Shown: positions 12,156-24,700, numbered from the whole stretch's first letter. The stretch is DNA of 63,637 bases, filler included, from Octopus bimaculoides (GCF_001194135.2; 5 parts of 5 records of this genome joined end to end with filler, not necessarily neighbours in it), one strand, 5' to 3'. Notes: a model not told the origin generated them from the letters alone. Made by a program: numbers and translations.

Positions 12156-12330
12156 GAGAATAGCTGTGAAAAAGCCTTAGAAAATCAGCTACAAATACCC
12201 TTATAAGAGGGAAAAGAAGCCGCTAGAGAAAATAGAACTCTGCACCTATCAAAAATACAGACAGGTATAGAGTTCGTATTTCTGTAGGAGCAATTTGCCC
12301 GTCTTCTAAGGTGCTTTCACAGCTATACTC
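12156..12330. mobile_element. Small hairpin/MITE-like element
   Basis: 27-bp imperfect terminal inverted repeats (12156-12182 and 12304-12330) plus an internal inverted pair AAATAGAACTCTGCACCTATC / GACAGGTATAGAGTTCGTATTT. Confidence 0.6.
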
Positions 12331-12479
12331 CTGCCGTCCGAGATTTCTTCATTTGCAGAATAAAAAAACACCAACTCACTCGGTGCTTTCATGTATGTTT
12401 ATATATACACACACATACACACGAGCGTACGTTCGTTCATTCATTCATACACACATAATACATTAATAAATACATACAT

Positions 12480-12545
12480 ATACCCGGTTGATATTGAAAT
12501 TCCATTGAAGAAGCCTTGGATCTTGGTTAGAAACCGGAAGAAATC
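12480..12545 (+). other. Penelope-terminus-like, degenerate minimal hammerhead motif
   Basis: TTGAAGA-AGCC-TTGGATCTT-GGTT-A-GAAACCGG at 12505-12538. Confidence 0.4.
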
Positions 12546-13295
12546 TTGAAATTAAACTGAATGACGGCATACACCGAACGGCCAGTGGTTTGTATATCCG
12601 AAAAAGAAGCACATTCTAAGACATTAGGGCAGTAGTATGGACACAAAACGAATGGTCACCCTCTGACCCGCCTCAACATGCAACCTTATAAAAACTTATA
12701 CGCCACGCTCCATTAGTAAAGCGAAGCAAACAGTTCAGTGATATAATATAAACACCAGCATACATACAAATATACTACTTACGTTTTAGGAGTAAGGATA
12801 TAGATCCAGGACGGAATGTATATATAAACATATATATATCAGTATATATGTGTGTTGAGTATAGCCAGGTGTCCGGGACGTCCCATCAATGCTCAGGAGT
12901 TGGTCCAGTCAGAATCACGCCTCAGTGCTTGTCACATGACAACGTTTAGAGTTGCTTCCCTTGAGTATCAACGACCCACACGAAAGACACCACGTAGATT
13001 CCTAAAAATAGAAGCTAAACCGCCTGAAAATCGCAGGCTAATGCCGTAATAGAAGTTTTGTTTGGCACTCGTTCGCTAATTCAGTCGTAGGTGGGCGTGG
13101 TTGGAATGCTTCGGACCTTAAGTCTGATTCGATTTTAGGATTGGAGAAACGGTAGGTAACGGGGGGGGGGGATAAATAGAAAACAAGACAACGGTGTCAT
13201 TCATAGTCATATGACAGGTCACAGGTCAGCAACCGTCCTGGCTTTTAGTCAGATGAGCTGTGTACAAATACAGGTCTTCGTAAACACACATAAAT

Positions 13296-13378
13296 GTGGT
13301 TGGGTGATAAAAAGCTTGCTTCCCAGCCTCATGCTTCCGTGTTCAGTCCCAATGCGTGGCATCTTGGACAAGTGTCGT
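13296..13378 (+). mobile_element. SINE family B head, degenerate, running into a gap
   Basis: AAGCTTGCTTCCCAGCCTCATGCTTCCGTGTTCAGTCCC...GGCATCTTGGACAAGTGTC. Confidence 0.7.
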
Positions 13379-14350
13379 NNNNNNNNNNNNNNNNNNNNNN
13401 NNNNNNNNNNNNNNNNNNNNNNNNNNNNNNNNNNNNNNNNNNNNNNNNNNNNNNNNNNNNNNNNNNNNNNNNNNNNNNNNNNNNNNNNNNNNNNNNNNNN
13501 NNNNNNNNNNNNNNNNNNNNNNNNNNNNNNNNNNNNNNNNNNNNNNNNNNNNNNNNNNNNNNNNNNNNNNNNNNNNNNNNNNNNNNNNNNNNNNNNNNNN
13601 NNNNNNNNNNNNNNNNNNNNNNNNNNNNNNNNNNNNNNNNNNNNNNNNNNNNNNNNNNNNNNNNNNNNNNNNNNNNNNNNNNNNNNNNNNNNNNNNNNNN
13701 NNNNNNNNNNNNNNNNNNNNNNNNNNNNNNNNNNNNNNNNNNNNNNNNNNNNNNNNNNNNNNNNNNNNNNNNNNNNNNNNNNNNNNNNNNNNNNNNNNNN
13801 NNNNNNNNNNNNNNNNNNNNNNNNNNNNNNNNNNNNNNNNNNNNNNNNNNNNNNNNNNNNNNNNNNNNNNNNNNNNNNNNNNNNNNNNNNNNNNNNNNNN
13901 NNNNNNNNNNNNNNNNNNNNNNNNNNNNNNNNNNNNNNNNNNNNNNNNNNNNNNNNNNNNNNNNNNNNNNNNNNNNNNNNNNNNNNNNNNNNNNNNNNNN
14001 NNNNNNNNNNNNNNNNNNNNNNNNNNNNNNNNNNNNNNNNNNNNNNNNNNNNNNNNNNNNNNNNNNNNNNNNNNNNNNNNNNNNNNNNNNNNNNNNNNNN
14101 NNNNNNNNNNNNNNNNNNNNNNNNNNNNNNNNNNNNNNNNNNNNNNNNNNNNNNNNNNNNNNNNNNNNNNNNNNNNNNNNNNNNNNNNNNNNNNNNNNNN
14201 NNNNNNNNNNNNNNNNNNNNNNNNNNNNNNNNNNNNNNNNNNNNNNNNNNNNNNNNNNNNNNNNNNNNNNNNNNNNNNNNNNNNNNNNNNNNNNNNNNNN
14301 NNNNNNNNNNNNNNNNNNNNNNNNNNNNNNNNNNNNNNNNNNNNNNNNNN

Positions 14351-14737
14351 CCCGGCGGCCTGGAGGAAAATAATGAATAAGACTGGACTGAGAGCGAAAC
14401 CAGGCGATCTTACGGTACGAGTCTTAAATATCGGCCTTTTCCGTATAAAGTGTCTTCGGCGATCTTTACCGAAGATCGGCCTTTTCCGCAACACCCGCAC
14501 GATCTTCAGTACGGTGTTAGGGTTAGTGTTTAGGGTTACGGTTACGGTTAGGGCGATCTTACGGTACGAGTCCTAAATATCGGCCTTTTCCATAAAAAAG
14601 TGTTTTCGGCGATCTTTACCAAAGATCGGCCTTTTCCGTAAAAAGTGTTGGAGAGAAACAGAGAAACGACGTCATAAAAGCTAAAGACATATAGAGAGGG
14701 CGATTTATTTTGAAGGGTTTGGGTTTTAGGGTTTGGG
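14351..14737. repeat. Unclassified GC-richer repeat with a 149-bp internal tandem duplication and telomere-like TTAGGG/TTACGG units
   Basis: GGCGATCTTACGGTACGAGTC...GATCGGCCTTTTCCG occurs at 14403 and 14552. GTTAGGGTTAGTGTTTAGGGTTACGGTTACGGTTAGGG lies between them. Confidence 0.75.
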
Positions 14738-14882
14738 AATTCATATCTGCGCTCATGACGAACTCTCGTTTTGCCAAGAGCAACCCTGTACATGGCTTGC
14801 GTGGCTTTCACAAGCCGTTTCTCTAATCTTAGCTTCCCCAGAGATTTCCTTATCACAAGAATGGACTCTATTGAAGGTGTCC
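14738..14882 (-). pseudogene. RTE-clade reverse transcriptase fragment
   Basis: FNRV...IRKSLGKLRLEKRLVKATQAMYRVALGKTRVRHE resembles RTE AFDRVPR..W..LRKLG..EWLVRAVQAMY...SKVRV. Confidence 0.7.
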
Positions 14883-14982
14883 NNNNNNNNNNNNNNNNNN
14901 NNNNNNNNNNNNNNNNNNNNNNNNNNNNNNNNNNNNNNNNNNNNNNNNNNNNNNNNNNNNNNNNNNNNNNNNNNNNNNNNNN

Positions 14983-15029
<47 letters not shown>

Positions 15030-15050
15030 GTTCTGGATACGATTTGTTGT

Positions 15051-15118
15051 ACTAAAGGCGGTGCTCCAGCATGGCCACGGTCAAATGACTGAAACAAATA
15101 AAAAAAAAATAAAAGAAT
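15051..15118 (+). mobile_element. SINE family B, 3' tail only
   Basis: AAAGGCGGTGCTCCAGCATGGCCACGGTCAAATGACTGAAAC. Similar isolated tails are at 6991-7030 and 46195-46245. Confidence 0.8.
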
Positions 15119-15299
15119 ATATCAATATATGAATCATACACACACACACACACCGTCACACATCAATACATACACANNNNNNNNNNNNNNNNNNNNNNNN
15201 NNNNNNNNNNNNNNNNNNNNTTAATTAATTAANNNNNNNNNNNNNNNNNNNNNNNNNNNNNNNNNNNNNNNNNNNNTTTTTTTGTATATATAACTGGCA

Positions 15300-15720
15300 T
15301 CCTCTAGTGGAGATCTATCAGAAAACTTGAATTTAAATATTGTTTTCTTTTGAAATAAAAATAGTCAAAATCGATTTCAGGCGTTAATCGCCACCCCCTC
15401 CCCGATTTTTACTTCAGTACTTTTTTTTCTACTGAATATTTTTGCATATAAGTAACATGTATAGATTCCTCTCGCCGAGATCTATCATGTAAGCTAAAAT
15501 AAAAGATAGATTTCTTTAAAAAAAAAAAGACATTTGGACTCAAAGTCGATTTCAGGCGTTACTCGCCCGTTTTTGACCTCACGTGTTTGACTCAAACTTT
15601 TTTCTACCGAAGCAGTTTTCAAATTTTGTAACAGAAAATATAGCTTAGGATGTGATTAATCTAAAAATGTAAATATCGTCTAATTTGGTTAAAAACTGAG
15701 TTAGTGACAAAGCCTAGAAG
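15300..15720. repeat. Probable non-autonomous DNA transposon with ~170-bp internal repeats
   Basis: GAGATCTATCA...TCGATTTCAGGCGTTA.TCGCC occurs twice. The termini were not resolved. Confidence 0.4.
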
Positions 15721-15984
15721 TGGTCGCCAATGAGTAAATGTTGACCTTAAGAATATCATTCACACACTACCGTCTGTGAATGATAAAAGGTATGAATTTT
15801 CTATAAATAAATCATTCATGATGAATCCCTGAAAGGGACGAAAGCACTGAGTAAATAGTTTTTTATCCAAATTCTGATTACCTTCTTTGCTAAATATATA
15901 AAATCTATAGACCACTTTAAACAATATTTACATGTATGTATGTTTATATATTTAGATAGATATATGTGTTTGTAGGTTTAGTGA

Positions 15985-16195
15985 AGGCATATGGCGTAGT
16001 GGTAAGAGTGTTGCGCTCGTGATATCAAATCCTGGATCGGGTGTTGCGTTACGTTCGTGAGCAAAACATTTCAATCTCACGCCGCTCTGCAATCTCTTCA
16101 ACGCCTGTTCAGAAAATGTTGATTTGATGAAAGGAGTGAGCTAATGTACAGGACAAACATTTGATCGCTATTATCAAATCATTTCGTGCAGGTTG
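15985..16195 (+). mobile_element. Degenerate tRNA-headed SINE
   Basis: A-box-like TGGCGTAGTGGTAAGAGTG, followed by a GTGAGCAAAACATTTC core. Confidence 0.55.
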
Positions 16196-17293
16196 TTCAG
16201 CAAGAAGTTGCAGAGCCTCCTCGAAAGGCCCCTCCTCTCTCTCTCTCGAGGAGGAGGAGTTTGTCCTCCTGTACCTCGAGAGAGGGACGATAGAAAAATT
16301 TTGGGACAGGGAGTGCGGCCAAGAAAGATCTTTCTCGGCTTGCACGACCTGTTCAACATAGCCTCTGCAGGTGGCTGCGGAGGTCGTGACTAATAGGATC
16401 TTGTCAAGGATTATATCCACCTTTGATATGGAGGATTTTATCTGCCTCGCCACGGACTCCGACTTGTCCATGCGGGCAGCAAGTCGTTTGCTTAAGGGTT
16501 GTGGCAGGGCGGATTAGTTATGACTAATTGTATTAATGAATTTGATTTGTATTGCATAACTGATTTTATAAATGATTTGTAAATGATTTGTATTGAAACA
16601 CTGTTTTCGAGGGGTTGCCAGTCGGTGGGAGCTGGCGGCCCTCTCATTTTTCATCTGTGTTATCCCACCATATTTTCATTAATGTCTTTGTCAAGCCCTA
16701 GCTTCTGCTGCTCTATGTACAGCCTTCATGGCTAATCAAATGAAATGAAGAAGCTGCAGAGCCGTCTTTCTTGCACAACGAGAGGCTGCCATCGACATGT
16801 AGGTGGTGTGCCTGTGTTTGTAAGTGTGCGTGTATTTGTGCACACCTGGGAATGTATAAGTATGTTCAATCAGTGAAAGTGAACTCGTGTCGTCAATAAT
16901 TATGTAATGTCAAATATGTCATAACTGAAGCTAATGAAAACGATAATGAAATTAAATGAAAGTATATTTATATGCAAATATGAACATAAATACAGGNNNN
17001 NNNNNNNNNNNNNNNNNNNNNNNNNNNNNNNNNNNNNNNNNNNNNNNNNNNNNNNNNNNNNNNNNNNNNNNNNNNNNCATCCATCTATCTCTTCCTCTTT
17101 TCATTCATCCATCTGCTGAAATATATATACATGTGTGTGTGTGTGTATGTGTAAGAGAGAGAGAAGCAATACACTACACACACACACACACATATATATA
17201 TACACACACACGCATATATATATATATATATACACACACACACGCACATGCACACACACACACACACACGCACATGCACACACACACACACAT

Positions 17294-17325
<32 letters not shown>

Positions 17326-17889
17326 ACACACGCACACAGTTATACAGATACGCAGACGCATTGAACAATATCGAAAAAACAAAATACTCTTCCGGGTCAA
17401 ACTTTGTGTCTAAAGTTCACAGATCGAAAATGTTCACCATTTGTAGAGAATTGATGGACAATTGATGATTTCTACTGAAAATTTATTGTGGAAAAAATTT
17501 CTGGCTTGTCCTTATTTTCTAAGAGCAGTTTCAAACTACTGAGTACACCAAGAATTGCATGAATAAAAAAATAAACCTAAGAAGACAGGAACACACCAAT
17601 ATAACAAAAGACTTTTGTAGGAATTTGTTTGTTTATTGAAACAGTAGAATAACAAGAAATTGACCTTTGTTTAACCATTCAGGATTTAAACAAACCATAT
17701 CCGACCTAATTATTCTACCTATTTATGTTCAAACTGACCAGATTCACCCTCTGACACTTACTCTAGAATGTTATTTAAAAATAAATAATCATATTAAAAT
17801 CTTGAAGCTATGAGATGATGCATGATTGATTCGAAACAATGTAAATAAATAAGCACAACATCTGACTGAGTAATCTGAATGCTAATGGG

Positions 17890-18400
17890 TTAAAAGAGAA
17901 GATTGATATCACTCTATGCTAAATTTAATCTTAAGAGGAATACCTTCTCTGAGACATTTTTTTTTTTCCGCCAGTCAGTATTCGTCCATGAAGGTATAGA
18001 GATCACGAAATAACTTTATCAAAACTCATGCTCCCTTAAGCAGCTTTCTTTTCGAGTCGAGATTGCGTAATAGCTTAACAATAAGCTAATGTAACGGCAT
18101 TCGTGATAAACTAAATGTTGTTAAATACTCCAACAGTATAACCAGACGATATATCTTCTGCTGCGGATTCAATTCTATCAACACTTCTATATACTTATAC
18201 TACGATGTTTCTAAAGCAGTAATGCAAATTTTTTTTATTCATTTTCAAAGCAACTACATACTTAAGAGTTAATATTTCCTTTCATAAATACTGTAACAAC
18301 TGATTCTTCTCGCCAGATGTCTATTGAATCTCCAACTATTTCTCTGATAATATCCCTCGGCCTCAAATTATTTCAGAAGTATCTCTAATAGATTTTCATG
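17890..18400 (-). pseudogene. Helitron PIF1-like helicase fragment
   Basis: Frameshifted YRSVDRIESAAED...YTV/EYLTTFSLSRMPLH*LIVK/LLRNLDSKRKL...RILTG...VFLLRLNLA*SDINLLF matches Helitron YPVEFLNS...PPH.L.LK..MLLRNL...ILTG...IPRI.L..SD..LPF. Confidence 0.7.
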
Positions 18401-18659
18401 CAGTTCACATTTATTTGTTATTATTTATTCGCTTAATTTTTATGGCAATTCGAATCACTTTAAAGAAAAATAAAAATTCTGAACATTCATAACTATTCAA
18501 AATTGAAATTTAGTCAGGTCGCTTTGCGTGACACTAAACATATAAATACTATGTTATTGTGCTATAATAATTATGCTATGGATTTTCATTCATGTCTGTA
18601 TATGCCTTGATTCTATGTTAAAGAGACACTCCGTATAACCTATATGTGCATGTGTCAAT

Positions 18660-19210
18660 GTGTGAGTATGTATGTATGTAAGTATGTATGTATGTATGTA
18701 TGTGTATGCATGTATGTATGTATGTAAGTATGTATGTATGTATGTATGTGTATGCATGTATGTATGTATGTGTGTGTGTATGTATGTATGTATGTATGTA
18801 TGTATGTATGTATGTATGTGTATGCATGTATGTATGTGTGTGTGTATGTATGTATGTAAGTATGTATGTATGTATGTATGTATGTATGTATGTGTATGCA
18901 TGTATGTATGTGTGTATGTATGTATGTATGTATGTATGTGTATGCATGTATGTATGTGTGTATGTATGTATGTATGTATGTATGTGTATGCATGTATGTA
19001 TGTGTGTGTGTATGTATGTATGTATGTATGTATGTATGTATGTGTATGCATGTATGTATGTGTGTGTGTATGTATGTATGTATGTATGTATGTATGTATG
19101 TGTATGCATGTATGTATGTGTGTGTGTATGTATGTATGTATGTATGTATGTATGTATGTATGTGTGTGTATGCATGTATGTATGTGTGTATGTATGTATG
19201 TATGTATGCA
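18660..19210 (+). repeat. (TATG)n array with higher-order units marked by TGTATGCATG
   Basis: Direct reading. The marker recurs about every 40-50 bp. Confidence 0.95.
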
Positions 19211-19310
19211 TGTATCTCTGAACATGTGCAAGCGCGCATTTGTGTGTATGTATATAACGATGTGTGGGTGTGGGTGTGCGCGCACACACAACACACACGC
19301 TCACATGCAT

Positions 19311-19351
<41 letters not shown>

Positions 19352-20059
19352 NNNNNNNNNNNNNNNNNNNNNNNNNNNNNNNNNNNNNNNNNNNNNNNNN
19401 NNNNNNNNNNNNNNNNNNNNNNNNNNNNNNNNNNNNNNNNNNNNNNNNNNNNNNNNNNNNNNNNNNNNNNNNNNNNNNNNNNNNNNNNNNNNNNNNNNNN
19501 NNNNNNNNNNNNNNNNNNNNNNNNNNNNNNNNNNNNNNNNNNNNNNNNNNNNNNNNNNNNNNNNNNNNNNNNNNNNNNNNNNNNNNNNNNNNNNNNNNNN
19601 NNNNNNNNNNNNNNNNNNNNNNNNNNNNNNNNNNNNNNNNNNNNNNNNNNNNNNNNNNNNNNNNNNNNNNNNNNNNNNNNNNNNNNNNNNNNNNNNNNNN
19701 NNNNNNNNNNNNNNNNNNNNNNNNNNNNNNNNNNNNNNNNNNNNNNNNNNNNNNNNNNNNNNNNNNNNNNNNNNNNNNNNNNNNNNNNNNNNNNNNNNNN
19801 NNNNNNNNNNNNNNNNNNNNNNNNNNNNNNNNNNNNNNNNNNNNNNNNNNNNNNNNNNNNNNNNNNNNNNNNNNNNNNNNNNNNNNNNNNNNNNNNNNNN
19901 NNNNNNNNNNNNNNNNNNNNNNNNNNNNNNNNNNNNNNNNNNNNNNNNNNNNNNNNNNNNNNNNNNNNNNNNNNNNNNNNNNNNNNNNNNNNNNNNNNNN
20001 NNNNNNNNNNNNNNNNNNNNNNNNNNNNNNNNNNNNNNNNNNNNNNNNNNNNNNNNNNN

Positions 20060-20384
20060 GATTCCCAGACCGGGCGTTGTGAGTGTCTATTGAGCGAAAA
20101 CACCTAAAGCTCCACGAGGCTCCGGCAGGGGTTGGTGGTGATCCCTGCTGTACTCTTTCACCACAGCTTTCTCTCACTCTTTCTTCCTCTTTCTGTTGTA
20201 CCTGTATTTCAAAGGGTCAGCCTCGTCACACTGTGTCACGCTGAATATCCCCGAGAATTACGTTAAGGGTACACGTGTTTGTGGAATGCTCAGCCACTTG
20301 CACGTTAATTTCACGAGCAGGCTGTTCCGTTGATCGAATCAACTGGAACCCTCAACGTCGTAAGCGACAGGGTGCCAACAACAA
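20060..20384 (+). mobile_element. SINE family E, 5' end lost in a gap, (AAC)n-like tail
   Basis: Colinear with 45100-45713. Confidence 0.9.
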
Positions 20385-20569
20385 TAGCTCAGTGCAGGAA
20401 CTGAGCTCATTGTAAACACCTCTTGTAATTTTTATGTTATGTTCATGCTTAAGGGTTGCTATCAGTAAAGAATTGTACCCCTTTTGTTAATATCAATTCT
20501 CTAGCAATATTTTTTGCAGTCAATTTAAGTAGGAATTGGAGGAATTTCCGTATTCTCATGTGTTTTCCC

Positions 20570-21654
20570 AACTTGCTATTGTTCTGACAGCTCTTCGTTG
20601 AATGAACTTTCCTTATCGGACACTAGCAATTCAACCACATCATCTTCTATGACTTCTTCAAATCCTACATCATCTGCAATTTTTAAAATACCTTCCCGAA
20701 TTTGTGTAGATTTTCTACTTTTTGGAAAACTTGATATAGTGTAGCCTCTGATATAGTGTAGCCTCTGATATAGTGTAGCCATATATTTTCCCAAGCATCA
20801 TTGAAAAAAAATGAAGGTTTTACTTCATACCATGACTCAGCTATATTATCCATAGCATCCATAATGTTGAACTTCTTCCAGAAGTCTCTAATAGTAGGTT
20901 TGTGCTCTCTATCAATTGCTTTCATTAATTATTTAGAAGTTCTCAGATAATATGCCTGTCAATTGTCTCACCTTTATCCAACGTCTGGAGCAAAGAAATT
21001 GTATTCTTGGGGATATATTCTACGCTCACACTATCAGAAATTTCATTTAAGTTACTGGGCGGTTTGGTATTTTGTATAAAAGGAGCAATACTTTGTTGGA
21101 AATACTATGTTTGGTACTGTTTCAACTGCACAACAAAAAATGCTTATAAACCATTCTTCGGAGAGACATTTAATCATCCGTGGTTTCTTATCTTAACGCC
21201 AAATCAGAGGCAAATTAAACTTACATAACCCTTGAAAGCCCTTGGATGATTTTCGGGGTGATAACAAAGATAAAAGCTTTAATTTTATAACACCAGCGGC
21301 TTTTCCTTCCACAAGAAGCGTCAGACGATCTATGGAAGCTTTAAATCCTGATATTGATTTTTCTTCTCGAGAACTAAAAGTTCCAACAGGCATGCTTCTA
21401 GAAAAGTACAGCTTCATCAACATTCTACACTTACTCTGCTGTGTAGCTCCCTTCAGCAAACACTTTCTTCAACTGCTCTGGATATTTAGTTACAGCCTCT
21501 GTCTCTACAGTGGCAGCTTCACCAGCCATTTTTATGTTGTACAAATTCATGCATCTTTTTAAAAGGTGCACCTTGGGTAAGTGTCTTGGATAAGTGTCTT
21601 TCAAACCAGTCTTTATTAAGCAAAAAAGCTTTTTCATTAGAACTTCACCTTCCC
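20570..21654 (-). pseudogene. Tigger/pogo-family transposase pseudogene
   Basis: LYNIKMAGEAA...KYPEQLKKVFAEGSYTAE; MPVGTFSSREEKSISGFKASIDRLTLL; IRDFWKKFNIMDAMDNIAESW; GFEEVIEDDVVELL. It has stops and frameshifts, a 17-bp triplication at 20732-20780, and a SINE scrap near 21570-21600. Confidence 0.85.
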
Positions 21655-21857
21655 TTTCTAACACCTCTCGGCGGACGCATAGCTCGCCGCTGTTCGGAAA
21701 GGATCGATGGGCCACGCTTTCGCGGTCCGTATTCGTACTGAAAATCGAGATCGAGCGAGCCTTTGCCCTTTTGCTCGACGTGTGGTTTCCGTCTACGCTG
21801 AGCTCGCCTTGGGACACCTGCGTTACCGTTTGACAGACGTACCGCCCCAGTCAAACT
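21655..21857 (-). rRNA. 28S (LSU) rRNA fragment, ~200 nt, dispersed non-functional copy
   Basis: The reverse complement AGTTTGACTGGGGCGGTACGTCTGTCAAACGGTAACGCAGGTGTCCCAAGGCGAGCTCAG...GATTTTCAGTACGAATACGGACCGCGAAAGCG...GAGGTGTTAGAAA follows the conserved eukaryotic LSU core. Confidence 0.9.
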
Positions 21858-22897
21858 TTTAGGGTTAAAAATAATTTTTTTTACCGTTTTATTATCGATC
21901 GATCACGTCGAATCTAATTTGTAATCCATTCACTCGAGAGCTGTTCCACTTTTTAAGTATAACAGAGTTATGAAAAATAAGGTCCGAGCAGTTAGCNNNN
22001 NNNNNNNNNNNNNNNNNNNNNNNNNNNNNNNNNNNNNNNNNNNNNNNNNNNNNNNNNNNNNNNNNNNNNNNNNNNNNNNNNNNNNNNNNNNNNNNNNNNN
22101 NNNNNNNNNNNNNNNNNNNNNNNNNNNNNNNNNNNNNNNNNNNNNNNNNNNNNNNNNNNNNNNNNNNNNNNNNNNNNNNNNNNNNNNNNNNNNNNNNNNN
22201 NNNNNNNNNNNNNNNNNNNNNNNNNNNNNNNNNNNNNNNNNNNNNNNNNNNNNNNNNNNNNNNNNNNNNNNNNNNNNNNNNNNNNNNNNNNNNNNNNNNN
22301 NNNNNNNNNNNNNNNNNNNNNNNNNNNNNNNNNNNNNNNNNNNNNNNNNNNNNNNNNNNNNNNNNNNNNNNNNNNNNNNNNNNNNNNNNNNNNNNNNNNN
22401 NNNNNNNNNNNNNNNNNNNNNNNNNNNNNNNNNNNNNNNNNCCACAACAATATTAGTAAAAAAAAAAGCTTTCAGAAAGAACTGTTTTGTGAAAGCAAAG
22501 AATTGTTGTTTAATTCCTATGGGTGTAAGAATGAAAATGAAAATATGAAAAGCTGATGGAGTGAGGTGAGAGAAAGGGGTATATAATTGCAGTTAGTAGC
22601 GGGGTTATTCCGTCCACGGGCACTACACCCTTTGCACCTCTGACTTAAGCCACAAAATCTGCACAATCTACACACACACACACACACACTCCGCGCACGC
22701 ACACACACATGCACATTCACGCGCGCGCACACACATACACATCCGCGCGCGCACACACAAACGCAAACATATATACACAAGCTCACGCGTGAGCACACAC
22801 TACATTGTATTGACATACATCAGTAGCTACAGACATTGGTATCATGCTGGTAGTGTTATTGTTGCTGCCAGTTTATCATTCAAAAGTCAACGAATTG

Positions 22898-23330
<433 letters not shown>

Positions 23331-23774
23331 TTATTTTTGGTGTTGATGATAGTGGAGATGGATATGGTGGTAGGTATTGCCAGTGCTGGTGTTGGTGCTG
23401 TGGCTGGTGATACTGCTGCTGATGATGATGGTGGGGTGGGGGTATTGCTGATGAGGGCACGCATTTTGTTCCTGTAAATTGCTTTGTTGTTAATGTTTAA
23501 TTTCAAGCCAATCCCCATTGACCTATGGTCAAAGATTTCATTCAACCTTTAAAATACACTAGGGTACCACATCATCTCGTGTCCATTTATTTTAAACGGA
23601 GTTGCTTATCTTGTTAATACTATCGTTTCTGTCGTTGTTGGCCATTAAAGAGTTTGGTGGGTTGGTAATGGCGGTAAATATATTTGTTTTGGTGCGATGA
23701 TGATGGCTGTGTTTGTACGGTTGATAGATAGTGGTGGTGGCGGAGGTTGATTAATAGATTAATAGGTAGGCGTA

Positions 23775-24175
23775 GGCGCAGGCGCGACTGTATGGTAAGA
23801 AGGTTGGTTCCCAATCACATAATTCTGGGTTCAGTTCTACTACGTGGCACCTTGAGCAAGTGTCTTCTACTATAGCCTCGGACCTACCAAAGCCTTTTGA
23901 GTGGATTTGGTAGACGGAAACTGAAAGAAGCCTGTCGTATGTGTGTTGTATGTGTGTGTGTGTACGCGCGTGTATTTCTATTTGTCTTCCACTGTCTCTT
24001 GACATTGGGTGTTGGTGTGTTTACATCCTCATAACTTAGCGGTTCGGTAAAAGAAAACGGTAGAATAAATACCATGCTTAAAAAGTACTAGAGTCGATTC
24101 GTCCGATAAAAATTCTTCGGGATAGTATCCCAGCATGGCCGCAGTCTAATGACTGAAACAAGTAAAAGATAAAAC
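23775..24175 (+). mobile_element. SINE family B, full length
   Basis: tRNA-like head, CACCTTGAGCAAGTGTCTT core, internal (TG)n, and tail ending GACTGAAACAAGTAAAAGA. Confidence 0.85.
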
Positions 24176-24700
24176 GAAAAGAAGAGACAGACACACAGAC
24201 ATATGGACAGACAAACAGATAGCTAGATAAATAGATCTAAATACATACATACATACTTGAAGAGGCCCAAGGAAAATATGCACACACACACACACACGCA
24301 CACATGCGCGCGCGCACACACAAATATAAATATTCACAGCGGGAAATTCTTCACTTCAGTCAGTGCTTATTGTGGTGTATACACCCCACATACATACATA
24401 CGTACATACATACGTACATACATACACACATACATACACACATACATACATGCATGTATTTATATTTGCTGTATGTATGTATGTACGTATGTATGTTTGT
24501 ATGTATGTATACACATATATACACACATTTACATACACATATATATATTTTATAAATGCATGTGAATATGCCTAAATGTGTGCGTGTATGTGTGTTTGCT
24601 TGTGTGTGTCTGTGTGAAAGTAATGTAAATTTTCTTATATTGTGTTTATGACGTCATAATATCGTTGACGTTTTTCTCGGGAGATTTGGTTTGAAAACTC

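Noticed and set aside
12860-13030. Other exon-like stretches (13022 minus, 28790-28825 minus, 38650-38730 minus, 52850-52990 minus, 61016-61157 minus, 63215-63330)
   Set aside because: Each has only one good splice site or an early stop, and none has recognisable homology.
21431-21817. 128-aa ORF as a novel protein
   Set aside because: It is an accidental read-through from 28S rRNA sequence into a frameshifted Tigger remnant.
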